Shown: positions 28,540-37,239 of the stretch, piece after piece | How the letters are laid out: each line of letters begins with the position of its first letter | Position numbering within the stretch: position 1 is the first letter of the stretch | Source of the DNA: Gemmatimonadota bacterium | Lineage (GTDB): Bacteria; Gemmatimonadota; Gemmatimonadetes; Longimicrobiales; Gaopeijiaceae | Direction: 5' to 3' | NCBI GenBank assembly: GCA_039589315.1 | Contig: JBDHHQ010000065.1 | Location: 1 to 37,239 of the forward strand | DNA: 37,239 bases | Position numbers and translations under genes: made by a program | The notes under the pieces: generated by a model | Seen by the model: the letters and a program-made list of their open reading frames with translations, nothing else | What the model was told of the DNA's origin: nothing | The model's database searches: none

Positions 28540-31500
28540 CTACCAGCCGGGCGCGATGTTGAAGCCCCAGTGCCAGCCCTTCTGTGGGCGCTGCCACGGA
28601 TATGCGTAATAGGCTTCGAAGATCATGAAGCCCAGGATGTTCATCCGGGCCGAGACCCCCGACGCGAACACGGGTTGGGGCGTCACACCGTCCACGACCC
28701 TCGAGAACGTGAGATCCGGCGTGCAGCTGGCGTTTTCCAGGCCCTCGCATCGCGTGCCGTCCCAGGCCACGCCTGCGTCGGTGAAGAGCACCAGCTCGGT
28801 CGGCAGGTACGGGAGGTTGAATAGGCCGAACTGCTCCGTGCCGAACACCGGGACGCGCAGCTCCATGTTGGCGACACCCATCCGGTGCCCGAACAGGTTC
28901 TCCCAGACCGGGCAACCGATCACGCCGACGCTGTTGTCGGCCCCGAGGCCCGTGGTCTGGCACTCCCGCGCCTCGAAGCTCTCGTTGGCGTAGCCGCGGA
29001 TCAGCGTTTCGTACCCGATGAAGAACGGCTGGATCAGGTTCGTCTGCTCGATCTGCGGGCCGTAGCGCCCGATGTGGAGGCCGCGGACGGCGAAGGTGAG
29101 GTTCCGGGCCGGGTTGAAATACTTCCGCCAATCCAGCGTCAACGTCCAGTAGTCAATCGTGCCCACCGTGGCCCCCACCTCGAACCGGGACCGGCCGCCC
29201 CGGATCGGAGAGGTGAAGCCGAAGAAGGAGTTGTCTCCGACCAACGCCACCGACGTGGAAGCCAGGTTCAGCGGATCGGGGGAGGGCAGGCTCTCCTTTT
29301 GCCGGTCCAGCACCTGCCCGAACGGGTCGGTGATGAACGTCTCCTGCTCGTAGTCGTAGCTGTAGCGGGTGAACCCGCCGTTGATCTCGAACCGCCGGGT
29401 CTGCGTGAACGGGTAGGCCAGCAATCCCCCCACCTGATCGATGAAGAGCCGCTGTCGCAGCAGGATGACGTCCTGGGTCCCGTTGGGATTGAAGCGGACC
29501 GCGCTCCTCGTGAAGTTCAGCGGCGTCCGACCTCCGGACACCCCCCAGTTCCAGCGGCGCTTCATGTTCTGGTAGAAGACGTGCCCACCGATGTCCTTGA
29601 GCGTTCCGTTCGCCTGCACGGCCACGCCGAGTACCCGGTCCCCGAGCATGTCGCTGAAGTACGCAGCGGCGCCGCCGCCGATATAGGTGCCGAACCGGTC
29701 CGCGGCGACGCCGAAGCTGGGCTGTCCCACGTAGTCCAACTGAAGCCCTGACGAGTAGTCCTCCACCTGGGACATGGCCGCCGCGGTCTGGAGACCCGTG
29801 GACCAGTCCTCGAGGTAGCGGGCAACCCGGCTGGCGAACTCGGGCTCGGCCGGGGGCAGCAGACGGCCCACGGCCTCCGCTGCCGAGGCCACCCGAGACA
29901 CGCGCTCCGGCGACCCGGAGGTGACGTCCAGGGTGTAGATGTGGAACTCGAACTCGTCGAAGACCGAGAACGCCATGGTCCCGGCCTCGTTGGCCACGCT
30001 CATGGCCGGCGCCATGCCGGTGATGCCGCTGACGCCCGTCGCGATCCGGGTGATGCGGTGCACTTCGTCGGTCGCCAGCGTGAGGCGGTAGACGTCGCTG
30101 AACCCGTCCGCGTCGGAGATGAAGTAGAGGCTCTCACCGTCCGGCGCGAACTGCGGGTTCATATGCTTGACGTCGCCGAACAGCTCCAGGAGCTCGATAC
30201 TCCCGGACGCCACGTCCATGAGGGCCAGCTGCGGCTGGCTGTAGGTCAAGCGGTCGAAGTCGGTCTCCGAGCCCCGGTCCGTGGAGAAGACGATCCTGGT
30301 CCCGTCCGGCGACCAGTCAGGCTGGAAGTCGCCATGGCGGTCGTACGTGAGCTGACGGGTGACGCCGACCTCGAGGTCGTGCACGTAGATGTCCGTCATC
30401 CCGCCCTGGGTTCCGGAGAACGCGATGTGCAGGCCGTCGGGGGACCAGGCCGGGTTCGTGATGGCCCCCACCTCTTCCATGTAGATGCGGTCGAGGACGT
30501 TACCGGAGTCCGTATCCACGACCACCAGGGCGTTGTCCCCGTCCGCGAACACGACGAACGCGAGCTTCGAGCCGTCGGGGGACCACGATCCCGACGAGTC
30601 GACGAAGCGGAGCGCGTCGAAGTGGGGGTCCGAGCTGGCGCTGGACACCTTCTTTACGACCTCGCCGGTCCGGGCGTCCGCGATGAAGAGATCGAAGGAG
30701 AACAGGTCCTTTTCGGAGATGAACGCCACATAGCGCCCGTCAGGGCTCAACGATGGCGCCACGTTCTGCCGCCCCGCGCCCGTTGCGGGTGAGAGCAGCA
30801 TGGTCCCGATCTCGCCTGGCACGGTCCTGCCCTCGATGAGCGGCAGGTACGCCGACTCGACGGATCGCCGCCAGCGGCCGGACAGGGAGTCGGACGTGGT
30901 GCCGAGAACCTGGTTCAGCGACGGCTCCCAACCCACGCGCAGCGCGCTCCGGAAGAGCTGGACCACGGCGTCGTCGCCATAGGTGCCACCGATGTAGGCC
31001 CACAGCGCCTGCCCGAAGCGGTACGGGAAGAACCTGGACTCCCGGGTCATCTGTTGGATGGTCGGGAAGTCGTCCCGTCGGACGGCGTCACGGAGCCACA
31101 TGGCCGTCAGGGCATCCTCACGGCCCACGGACAGATACTCCGCCATCCCCTCGATCAACCACAGCGGCAGCCGATACAGTCCCGGAAGACCCCCGCCGGC
31201 GCGGGACTGGGCGATGTTGTACTGAAAGGCATGGACCAACTCGTGGCCCAACACGTGGTCGGTGGCCGCGTACGACTCACCGAGCGGCATGATCACACGG
31301 TTCTTCAGCGACTCGGTGACACCTCCGGTGCCCTCGCTGATGAATCCGCTCAGGGTGTTGGTCTGCTGGAAGTCCGGGTGATCGGCGTAGAAGATGACGG
31401 GCTTCGAGGCTTCGAACTCGTGCTGGAACGTTCGGGCGAGGCGCTCGTACCAGCGCTCTCCCATCCGCGCGGCGTCGATGACCGCGTCGTACTCCTCGGG

Positions 31501-31689
31501 GTAGAAGTGGATGTCGAAGTGATTGGTCTTGAGGATGCTGAAATCGAAGCTCTCGTACTGGACCTTGTTCCTCCCGAAATACTGCGCCGAGGCGGGCGTG
31601 GCGACGACAGCCAGAAGGGAGAGAAGCAGGGCCGACCGCAGGATGGCACCCATATACTTCGAGTGGCGGACGGAGGTCAGGTCAGTCAT
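28540..31689 (-). CDS. Omp85/BamA-TamA family outer-membrane protein with N-terminal gluzincin-like domain and PD40/TolB propeller
   Basis: AQYFGRNKVQY; HELVH...WLIEGMAEY; multiple P.WSPDG repeats; barrel with IRGY loop motif, ELR.P, F.DAG and C-terminal Trp; start 31689 or 31653. Confidence 0.85.
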   Translation of the reverse strand: MTDLTSVRHSKYMGAILRSALLLSLLAVVATPASAQYFGRNKVQYESFDFSILKTNHFDIHFYPEEYDAVIDAARMGERWYERLARTFQHEFEASKPVIFYADHPDFQQTNTLSGFISEGTGGVTESLKNRVIMPLGESYAATDHVLGHELVHAFQYNIAQSRAGGGLPGLYRLPLWLIEGMAEYLSVGREDALTAMWLRDAVRRDDFPTIQQMTRESRFFPYRFGQALWAYIGGTYGDDAVVQLFRSALRVGWEPSLNQVLGTTSDSLSGRWRRSVESAYLPLIEGRTVPGEIGTMLLSPATGAGRQNVAPSLSPDGRYVAFISEKDLFSFDLFIADARTGEVVKKVSSASSDPHFDALRFVDSSGSWSPDGSKLAFVVFADGDNALVVVDTDSGNVLDRIYMEEVGAITNPAWSPDGLHIAFSGTQGGMTDIYVHDLEVGVTRQLTYDRHGDFQPDWSPDGTRIVFSTDRGSETDFDRLTYSQPQLALMDVASGSIELLELFGDVKHMNPQFAPDGESLYFISDADGFSDVYRLTLATDEVHRITRIATGVSGITGMAPAMSVANEAGTMAFSVFDEFEFHIYTLDVTSGSPERVSRVASAAEAVGRLLPPAEPEFASRVARYLEDWSTGLQTAAAMSQVEDYSSGLQLDYVGQPSFGVAADRFGTYIGGGAAAYFSDMLGDRVLGVAVQANGTLKDIGGHVFYQNMKRRWNWGVSGGRTPLNFTRSAVRFNPNGTQDVILLRQRLFIDQVGGLLAYPFTQTRRFEINGGFTRYSYDYEQETFITDPFGQVLDRQKESLPSPDPLNLASTSVALVGDNSFFGFTSPIRGGRSRFEVGATVGTIDYWTLTLDWRKYFNPARNLTFAVRGLHIGRYGPQIEQTNLIQPFFIGYETLIRGYANESFEARECQTTGLGADNSVGVIGCPVWENLFGHRMGVANMELRVPVFGTEQFGLFNLPYLPTELVLFTDAGVAWDGTRCEGLENASCTPDLTFSRVVDGVTPQPVFASGVSARMNILGFMIFEAYYAYPWQRPQKGWHWGFNIAPGW

Positions 31690-31934
31690 TCGGCACACCT
31701 TCCAGCCGGGTGGTTCAAGACACCCACCGGACGGAGGCCCGCCGGATGACTCGTCATCACACTACTTGGTTCACGGATCTTTTTTATCTTATCGTCCCCT
31801 ACACGCTCTCGCACCTCAGGGTCCCCAGGGCGAGGCCGCATGGGAAACGCGTATGTCGGAGAGAACGGTTCCCGGCAGGCAATTTCTCGGGGCGTCACGA
31901 GTGGGCCCGTCCTTCACGAGAGGATCATACGCTC

Positions 31935-33260
31935 ATGATCCGGATCCATTCCATCGCTTCGCCGACTCGACGCGAGAAGCGTGGCCGGAGGGCGAGGCGC
32001 CTGGGCAGCCCTCCGGTGTTCCTGACTGCGGCGGCAGTGGTCCTGGCCGGCGCGGCGGCGTGCTCGCCCGGTTCTGACAGCGCTGCCGGGCTCAGCGTTA
32101 GGGAGCTTGCCTCACCGGCTGCCCCGAAGAGCGGAGAGCCACACCTGGAGGCCGTTGGCGACGGGCTCCTGCTCTCCTGGACCGAACCGGCGCCGGAGGG
32201 GGGACACCAGGTCATGCTGGCGACCCTGCGGGACGATGCCTGGACGGATCCGGTGCGCCTCGTTCGAAGCGACAGTCTGTTCGTCAATTGGGCCGACTTC
32301 CCCATGGTGGCGTCGACAGCCCCGGGAATGCTCGCGGCCCACTGGCTCGTCCGCGGGCCTGCCGGCGGGGTGGACTACCGGATCGAGGTCGCCCTGTCCG
32401 GAGATGGCGGTTCATCGTGGTCGCCACCGTGGACGCCCCATGAGGACGGCACGTCCGCCGAACACGGCTTCGTGAGCCTCTTCGGCACACCGGGCGGCGG
32501 CACGGGCGTCGTGTGGCTCGACGGGCGGGACTACGCCAACCGAGAGGACGGCGGCCACGACACCGACGGCGGGCACGGCGGTGGCGACGCCCAGATGAGC
32601 CTCCGGTTTCGAAGCCTCGGGTCAGACGGCACGCCCGGGGAGGAGACGCTTCTGGACGACCGCAGCTGCGACTGCTGTCAGACGGCTGCCGCCGTCACGG
32701 CCGCCGGACCGATCGTGGCCTACCGCGACCGCTCGGCCGACGAGATCCGGGACATCCACCTCGTTCGCTGGACCCCCGACGGTTGGACCGATCCGGTGGC
32801 CGTCCACGACGACGGCTGGCGCATCGCCGGCTGTCCGGTCAACGGACCTGCCATGGCTGCCCGCGACTCACGAGTGGCCCTGGCGTGGTTCACCGCCGCC
32901 CAGGACACGCCCAGGGTCGAGCTGGCGTTCTCCATGGACGACGGGCGCTCGTTCACCACTCCGATCCAGGTGGACGATGGGCATCCCGAGGGTCGCGTGG
33001 ACGTGGTCCTGGACGCCGAGGGGGCCACGTGGGTCTCGTGGCTCGAACGGACCGGCCAGGGCGCCGATGTCCGGATCCGCCGCGTCTGGCCGGATGGAAC
33101 GGTGGAGCCGGCCGCGGTGGTCGCGGCGTCGAGCGAGAGCCGGGCCAGCGGCTTTCCGCGGATGGTCGAGGATCCCGCCGGCGGCGTCGTCATCGCGTGG
33201 ACCGATCCCCGGGACCCGGCTCGCGTCCGGGTGGCGAGACTCACCGCGGAGACGCCGTGA
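31935..33260 (+). CDS. BNR/Asp-box (sialidase-like) beta-propeller lipoprotein
   Basis: AAAC lipobox; FVNWADFP, S.DGG.SWS, EHGFVS, WLDGR, CDCC, GCPVNGP, S.DDG.SF, SGFPRM. Confidence 0.75.
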   Translation: MIRIHSIASPTRREKRGRRARRLGSPPVFLTAAAVVLAGAAACSPGSDSAAGLSVRELASPAAPKSGEPHLEAVGDGLLLSWTEPAPEGGHQVMLATLRDDAWTDPVRLVRSDSLFVNWADFPMVASTAPGMLAAHWLVRGPAGGVDYRIEVALSGDGGSSWSPPWTPHEDGTSAEHGFVSLFGTPGGGTGVVWLDGRDYANREDGGHDTDGGHGGGDAQMSLRFRSLGSDGTPGEETLLDDRSCDCCQTAAAVTAAGPIVAYRDRSADEIRDIHLVRWTPDGWTDPVAVHDDGWRIAGCPVNGPAMAARDSRVALAWFTAAQDTPRVELAFSMDDGRSFTTPIQVDDGHPEGRVDVVLDAEGATWVSWLERTGQGADVRIRRVWPDGTVEPAAVVAASSESRASGFPRMVEDPAGGVVIAWTDPRDPARVRVARLTAETP

Positions 33261-34351
33261 AGCAGCAGACCGTGGAGACCCCGGCCGCGCTGGTCGACCT
33301 GGGGCGCGTGGAACGAAATGTCGCACGCATCGCCGCCTACTGCCGGTCTCACGCGCTGGCGTGGCGCCCCCACGTGAAGACACACAAGAGCCGGCGGCTG
33401 GCCCGACTGGAGCTCGAGGCCGGAGCGGTTGGACTGACCGTTGCTACGCCCTTCGAGGCCGAGGTCATGTCGGAGGTGACCGACGACCTCCTTCTCGCGT
33501 ACCCGCCGGTGGGACCGGAGAAGCTCGCCCGACTCATGGCGCTGCCCGACACAGTGCGCCTGTCGGTGGCCCTCGACTCGGTCGAGGCCCTCGAGGCGAT
33601 GGCCGCGGCCGCCGCCGCGAAGGGCCGGTCCGTCCAGGTGCTCGTCGAGCTGGACGTGGGAGCCCGCCGGGTGGGGGTGGCCACGCCGGGCGAGGCGGTC
33701 TCCCTGGCCGGCAAGGCGGCAGACCTGCCGGGTGTGACCTACGGAGGGGTCGCGTTCTACCCCGGCCACATCCGGCAACCTGAAAGCGAGCAGGGCGCCG
33801 CTCTGAGCGAGCTGTCGGCGCTGGTCGGGCGGTTCCGCGAAGCGCTCGAGCGAGCGGGCCTCCCGCCCCGGGTGGTGAGCGGCGGCTCCACGCCGACGGC
33901 CTTCGGGAGCCACCTCGTCGAGGCGCTCACCGAGATCAGGCCAGGCACCTGCATCTTCCACGATCGGGACATCGTCCAGATGGGGGTTGCCGGCTGGAAC
34001 GATCTGGCGTATACCGTCGTGGCCACCGTGGTCAGCACCGCCGTGCCCGGGAGGGCAGCCATCGACGCAGGATCCAAGGCACTGTCCAAGGAGTCGTTCC
34101 GGTCCGGCGCATCCGGCTTCGGGGTGCTGTACGACCACCCGGAGGTCGAGCTCGTCTCCCTTTCCGAGGAGCACGGGGTCCTGGATCTCGGCCGCACGGA
34201 TTGGCGGCCCACGGTGGGCGACCGGGTCAGGGTCGTGCCCAACCATGTGTGCGTGTCGGTGAATCTCCAGGACCGGCTTCTCGTGCAGACCCACGACGGC
34301 CTCGAGGCCTGGCCCATCGACGCGCGGGGCAGGGGGCTCTCGCCGAGCTGA
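33257..34351 (+). CDS. Fold-type III PLP enzyme, DSD1/D-TA family
   Basis: TPA..VD, RPHVKTHK, SGGSTPT, EIRPG, DAGSKALS, LSEEHG, PNHVC; GTGA overlap. Confidence 0.9.
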   Translation: MKQQTVETPAALVDLGRVERNVARIAAYCRSHALAWRPHVKTHKSRRLARLELEAGAVGLTVATPFEAEVMSEVTDDLLLAYPPVGPEKLARLMALPDTVRLSVALDSVEALEAMAAAAAAKGRSVQVLVELDVGARRVGVATPGEAVSLAGKAADLPGVTYGGVAFYPGHIRQPESEQGAALSELSALVGRFREALERAGLPPRVVSGGSTPTAFGSHLVEALTEIRPGTCIFHDRDIVQMGVAGWNDLAYTVVATVVSTAVPGRAAIDAGSKALSKESFRSGASGFGVLYDHPEVELVSLSEEHGVLDLGRTDWRPTVGDRVRVVPNHVCVSVNLQDRLLVQTHDGLEAWPIDARGRGLSPS

Positions 34352-34403
34352 CCGGCAGCGTCGCACCCCCCGACGAGCGACGGGAGTCACGCCTACGCCA
34401 GGG

Positions 34404-34432
34404 TTTACACGGCCCGGTGCCTCGGATATGTT
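34404..34432 (+). promoter_or_regulatory. Sigma70-type promoter upstream of the heptose kinase
   Basis: TTTACA-N17-TATGTT. Confidence 0.55.
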
Positions 34433-34517
34433 GCCGCGCTCCTGACCGTCCGCCCCGGCCGATCCGGCGTGCCCCGACGTTTGTGCGCCGAGGTCCGGGG
34501 GCTCCTCGACTCCCGTA

Positions 34518-35519
34518 TTGGTACCCTTGGACCGCCTCAGCCCGAGCCGCATCGAAGCGATCCTCCACGCCGCGCGTGACGTGACCGCGCTGGTGGTGGG
34601 TGACGTCATGCTGGACAAGTACATCACCGGCCACGTCGATCGCATCTCCCCCGAGGCGCCGGTGCCGGTCGTCAGAGTGGAGTCCGAGTCGTCGGCCATC
34701 GGAGGGGCGGGCAACGTGGCCGCCAACGTGGTGGCGCTGGGAGCCCGGGCCCGCATCGTGGGCTGCGCGGGCGAGGACGAGAACGGTTCCGCCCTGAAGG
34801 CCGAGCTGGAGTCGGCCGGCGTGTCGACGGAGGGGCTGGTCACCACGCGGGGACGACCCACCACGGTCAAGACCAGGGTCCTGGCCCGGCACCAGCAGGT
34901 CGTGCGGGTCGACCGTGAGGACGCCGCGGACGCCACCGAGGCGGTGGCCCGCGCACTGGCGCAGCAGGTCGAGGAGCTCTCGGGCTCTTGCCAGGTCGTC
35001 ATCATGGAGGACTACAACAAGGGCGTGCTGGTTCCGACCGTGGTCAAGGCGGCGATCGAGGCAGGGGGTCGGCACGGCATTCCGACCGTGGTGGATCCCA
35101 AGCGCCTCCGGTTCTGGGCCTACGGCGGAGCCTCCGTGTTCAAGCCGAACGCCAAGGAGCTCGAGGAGAGCCTGGGCGAGCCCATCCACCCCGACGATCC
35201 GGACTGGTTGGAGGGAATCCGTGAGAGGCTGGAGTGCGAGGTTCTCCTCCTGACCCTCGGCGAGAACGGCATGGCCGTGAAGGGCAGAGACAGCTCGTAT
35301 CTGCGGGTGCCGGCCGTGGCCCGGGACGTTTACGACGTGTCCGGAGCCGGCGATACCGTCACCGCCGTCGTGGCCACCTCGCTCGCCGCGGGTGCCACTG
35401 TCGAGGAGGCAGCCATCCTGGCCAATCACGCGGCCGCCATCGAGGTGAGCCGCGCCGGCGTGGTGACGGTTACCGCGCACGAGATCCTCGAGCAGTACGA
35501 GCGGTACCGCAGGCGCTGA
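34518..35519 (+). CDS. rfaE1: D-glycero-beta-D-manno-heptose-7-phosphate kinase (stand-alone HldE domain I)
   Basis: VGDVMLD.Y, RISPEAPVPV, GGAGNVA.N, DYNKG, VDPK, DVSGAGDT; no C-terminal cytidylyltransferase domain. Confidence 0.9.
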   Translation: MVPLDRLSPSRIEAILHAARDVTALVVGDVMLDKYITGHVDRISPEAPVPVVRVESESSAIGGAGNVAANVVALGARARIVGCAGEDENGSALKAELESAGVSTEGLVTTRGRPTTVKTRVLARHQQVVRVDREDAADATEAVARALAQQVEELSGSCQVVIMEDYNKGVLVPTVVKAAIEAGGRHGIPTVVDPKRLRFWAYGGASVFKPNAKELEESLGEPIHPDDPDWLEGIRERLECEVLLLTLGENGMAVKGRDSSYLRVPAVARDVYDVSGAGDTVTAVVATSLAAGATVEEAAILANHAAAIEVSRAGVVTVTAHEILEQYERYRRR

Positions 35520-35605
35520 GACGAGGGGGTGCCGCGGCCACCGCGCCGCCGGGTCTCCCATCCACGACCATGACCCCACGTGACGAAGAAAGCGGGGAGC
35601 ACGGA

Positions 35606-35992
35606 ATGAGTGAGGCGAGAATCGTACAGACCGAAAAGGCCCCTGCCGCCATCGGCCCCTATTCCCAGGCGATGGTGAGCGACGGGCTCGTGTTCTGCTC
35701 GGGACAGATCCCCATGGACCCTGAAACGATGCAGCTCACCGAGGGTGACGTGGCGGTTCAGACCGACCAGGTCATGCGCAACCTGGCGGCCGTGCTCGCG
35801 GCAGCGGGCGCGTCGCTCAACACTGTGGTCAAGACGACTGTCTTCTTGTCGGACATGGGCGACTTCACGGCGATGAACGAGGTCTACGCGCGTCACTTCG
35901 GCGACCACAAGCCGGCAAGGGCGACGGTGCAGGCCGCCGCCCTGCCCAAGAACGTTGCGGTGGAAATCGAGGCCATAGCCCGGGCGGTGTGA
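35606..35992 (+). CDS. ridA: RidA family enamine/imine deaminase
   Basis: APAAIGPYSQA, SGQIP, VKTTVFL, F..MNEVY, PARATV (catalytic Arg), LPK...VEIE; SD GGGGAG. Confidence 0.93.
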   Translation: MSEARIVQTEKAPAAIGPYSQAMVSDGLVFCSGQIPMDPETMQLTEGDVAVQTDQVMRNLAAVLAAAGASLNTVVKTTVFLSDMGDFTAMNEVYARHFGDHKPARATVQAAALPKNVAVEIEAIARAV

Positions 35993-36102
35993 CGACAACG
36001 GACACCCCGCCGCTGGACGGCTCGAGTCTTCCGGCAGCGCCGGAGACGCTCTCGTACAGCCACGACAGGTGTCGCGCCTTCATATCTTGAAAGGACAAGA
36101 AC

Positions 36103-37239
36103 ATGCGCGAATGCGCCTCACGTAGAGCTTTTGGTTGGGCGGCGGCTGCCGCGACGGCAGCGGTGATGCTCGTGGCGGACCAGAGCCTGCACGCCCAGAC
36201 GTATCCGACGGAGGTCTTCGATGCGCTGCAGTGGGAAAGCGTAGGCCCCAACCGGGGCGGACGCTCCATCGCGGCGGCAGGTTCGGAGGCACGCCCCCTC
36301 GAATACTACTTCGGCGCCACGGGCGGCGGCGTGTGGAAGACCACCGATGGCGGCACGACCTGGAACCCCATGACCGACGGCAAGATCAACACGGCCTCCA
36401 TCGGGGCCCTGGGCATCTGCGAGTCGGACCCGGACGTCGTGTACATCGGGGGCGGGGAGACCGAGCTCCGGGGCAACGTCCAGCAGGGCGACGGCGTCTA
36501 CAAGACCACCGACGCAGGCGAGACGTGGACCCACATGGGGCTCGCGGCGGTCCAGAACATCGCCCGTATCCGCATCCATCCCACCGACTGCAACACCGCC
36601 TGGGTGGCGGCCTTCGGCGTCCACTCGGCCGAGAACCCCGAGCGCGGCATCTACAAGACCACCGATGGTGGAGAAACCTGGGACCTGGTGCTGAGCCGTG
36701 ACGCCAGGACCGGCGGTGTCGACGTCTCGGTGCATCCGACGGATCCGGACATCGTGTACGCCGGCCTCTGGGAGGCGTGGCGCAAGTCGTGGGGCATGTC
36801 CTCGGGTGGCCCGGGCAGCGGTCTGTTCCGGAGCACGGACGGCGGCGACTCCTGGACGGAGATCACCCGGAATCCGGGGCTGCCTCAGGAGGGTCTGATC
36901 GGCAAGGTGGGCGTGAGCGTCTCACCGGTGGACGCCAACCGCGTCTACGCCATCCTCGAGAATGACGAGGGCGGCGTCTTCCGCTCGGACGACGGCGGCG
37001 ACACCTGGGAGCGGGTCAACCAGGACCGTGACCTCCGACAGCGGGCCTTCTACTACACGCGCATCTACGCCGACACGCAGGAGAAGGACCGCGTCTACGT
37101 CCTCAACGTCCGGTTCTGGGTGTCGGAGGACGGCGGCGAGACGTTCGAGCAGGTGGAGAACCAGCCGCCCCACGGCGACAACCACGACCTGTGGATCTCC
37201 CTCGCCGACAACCAGCGCATGATCGAGGCCAACGACGGA
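36103..37239 (+). CDS. VPS10/BNR-repeat glycosyl hydrolase-like secreted protein, 3' truncated by the window end
   Basis: Not in the ORF track (no stop). Reads MRECASRRAFGW...LQWESVGPNRGGRS..YYFGATGGGVWKTTDGGTTW, with repeated (S/T)xD(G/A)GxxW boxes and QRAFYY; SD AAGGA. Confidence 0.88.
   Translation, partial: MRECASRRAFGWAAAAATAAVMLVADQSLHAQTYPTEVFDALQWESVGPNRGGRSIAAAGSEARPLEYYFGATGGGVWKTTDGGTTWNPMTDGKINTASIGALGICESDPDVVYIGGGETELRGNVQQGDGVYKTTDAGETWTHMGLAAVQNIARIRIHPTDCNTAWVAAFGVHSAENPERGIYKTTDGGETWDLVLSRDARTGGVDVSVHPTDPDIVYAGLWEAWRKSWGMSSGGPGSGLFRSTDGGDSWTEITRNPGLPQEGLIGKVGVSVSPVDANRVYAILENDEGGVFRSDDGGDTWERVNQDRDLRQRAFYYTRIYADTQEKDRVYVLNVRFWVSEDGGETFEQVENQPPHGDNHDLWISLADNQRMIEANDG

Noticed and set aside
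34380..34516. 9-bp inverted repeat ACGGGAGTC...GACTCCCGT about 120 bp apart (MITE-like)
   Set aside because: Short, no target-site duplication, no second copy in the window; plausible by chance
32720..35005. 761-aa minus-strand ORF
   Set aside because: Antisense to three well-supported genes; low-complexity Arg/Ala/Ser translation
36337..37150. Recurrent AAGACCACCGA / GACGGCGGCGA words
   Set aside because: These encode BNR/Asp-box protein repeats with irregular spacing; not a CRISPR array or DNA repeat element
1..37239. Mobile element, prophage or defence island
   Set aside because: No integrase, transposase, phage, nuclease or toxin-antitoxin motifs recognised; composition looks uniform by eye

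Overview
GC-rich, densely coding chromosomal window of about 27 genes. The gene content suggests a Gemmatimonadota/Acidobacteriota-like diderm (inference only). In order: ADOP/MacB-type permease; secreted M20 hydrolase-DctQMP TRAP-aldo/keto reductase cluster; double-RCK K+ channel; MTH1187 protein; DUF1501 and a frameshifted DUF1800; lspA; glnA; GalT-like; CNNM/CorC; nicotinamidase-like; YncE propeller; M14 and M20 peptidases; mlaE-F-D; metalloprotease-propeller-Omp85 fusion; BNR lipoprotein; fold-III PLP enzyme; heptose kinase; RidA; and a VPS10/BNR protein cut by the window end. I see no rRNA, tRNA, CRISPR array or mobile element, and no clearly new multi-gene system. The best leads are: (1) a glnA 5' leader with a near-consensus sigma70 promoter, an overlapping palindrome and an internal terminator; (2) a similar terminator-like hairpin just before mlaE; (3) a small deletion that removes the core motif of DUF1800; (4) an M20 enzyme with rewired metal ligands heading a TRAP operon; (5) a probable CTG start in galT and a probable leaderless K+ channel mRNA. 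All family calls come from motif recognition by eye; no searches or folding calculations were run.
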